The notes beneath the pieces are model-generated. The model was not told the DNA's origin. It searched no databases and was given only the letters and a program-made list of their open reading frames with translations. The position numbers and the translations under genes are program-made. Of a DNA stretch of 64,000 bases, positions 62,991 through 64,000 are shown piece after piece. Positions within the stretch are counted from its first letter, which is position 1; every line of letters starts with the position of its first letter. This DNA comes from Amoebidium appalachense (taxonomy: Eukaryota; Protista; Ichthyosporea): positions 4,984,310 to 5,048,309 of the forward strand of contig CAVNZM010000008.1 in assembly GCA_963693365.1 (NCBI GenBank). The letters are read 5' to 3'.

Positions 62991-64000
62991 CTGCAGCCCC
63001 AACGTTAGAAAACGCCCATGCGCACCCCAACACACCGAGCTGCAAGGAATGTATGGGTTCTTGCAAAGGCAGTGGCACAAGGCAGGCAAGAGGCTAATGC
63101 AGGTCAGAATGAACTTGTGCAGAAGACAAAACGAAGGGCATAGGGCGTTACATCAGAAGAGTAAGGCACAGATGAGGTGAAAGGCAGAGAAGGGTGAGGT
63201 GGAAGATGGTGATTGGGAACCTTGGCATGGATGGTATCCGTGTAGACACGTGTGCCACAACTTGCGACAACAAACATAGCTATAGTTGTTTGTGAAGAGC
63301 ACACGAATCGACAGGCAGCAAACCATAGAATGCAGAAACTTATTGCAGGAAGACTGTGTGCTTACACCATAGGCACAGGTGTTTTGTCTTCCACAGAAAC
63401 GACATTCAAAGACTCTTCACACACATCCATGTGGTACTGCGTGTGCACTCCATGTACTCAAAAAAGCTAACTTGTGCTGCCCAGCCTTGGAGGTCTCTTT
63501 TAAACCAGGTGCAACGTAGAGTTGCATGCGAAAGAAAACTTGGTCTTCCTCCATGAATGTGTCCCCGAGTTCGACGGGCAACAAGGTTGTCTCCCAACAT
63601 AAAACCCGGTTGACTAATAAAGTGAACTTGCTGGAATGACTCAAAACTAGCACTACCAAACAACCGTCCCACCTGCTAGAGTGGATCATAGATTCTTCCT
63701 CTTGTCTTCCACAAGTCCGTTGTGTGCTTTGACTTGGACTCACCACTGTTAATCGATTTCCGTCAAAACTATCCGTACTGGAAGCTATCCTCAGCGTTGA
63801 TTCCTTTGCCACACCCAGTAACTCCGTCCGTGGCTGCCCGTCAGTCCAGCCTCCAAATCACTCCTAGTGGCAAAAAGCCATTGATTGAGTTGAATTGATC
63901 GAATCCCTTCTCGTGGCAATAGCCCCTTTTCCCAGTGCTAGAAGCTTGGACATGGTTGTCGTCAAAAAAACAGGATACAGGCAACAGTGACCCTCGCACT

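Noticed and set aside
63417-63812. 131-aa ORF in the RPL34 upstream intron
   Set aside because: Non-ATG start and no recognisable domain.

Overview
Eukaryotic nuclear DNA, intron-dense and saturated with microsatellites ((CA/GT)n, (GA/CT)n, (GCAC)n) and very long poly-G/poly-C tracts. Almost all long ORFs in the supplied track are artefacts of these repeats. Manual splicing gives seven protein-coding genes: CLN6 (-), PP4 regulatory subunit 2 (+), an ABCG half-transporter with a Cys-rich ectodomain (-), an unusual C1/Zn-finger/VASt/TM lipid-transfer protein (-), histone stem-loop binding protein SLBP (+), a mitochondrial PP2C of the PPM1K type (-) and part of RPL34 (-). The gene content and the branch-point-dominated 3' splice sites suggest a unicellular holozoan or other opisthokont; this is inference only. 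The most striking non-coding signal is a highly structured ~453-bp repeat, tandem in PPM1K introns and dispersed in introns of two other genes, always sense to the host. It carries all hammerhead-ribozyme core nucleotides and three pairable stems, but in a non-circularly permuted strand order, making it a candidate retrozyme-like element. A second recurrent signal is minisatellite arrays built from the exon-end plus splice-donor sequence itself. Exon borders were read by eye and some are approximate.
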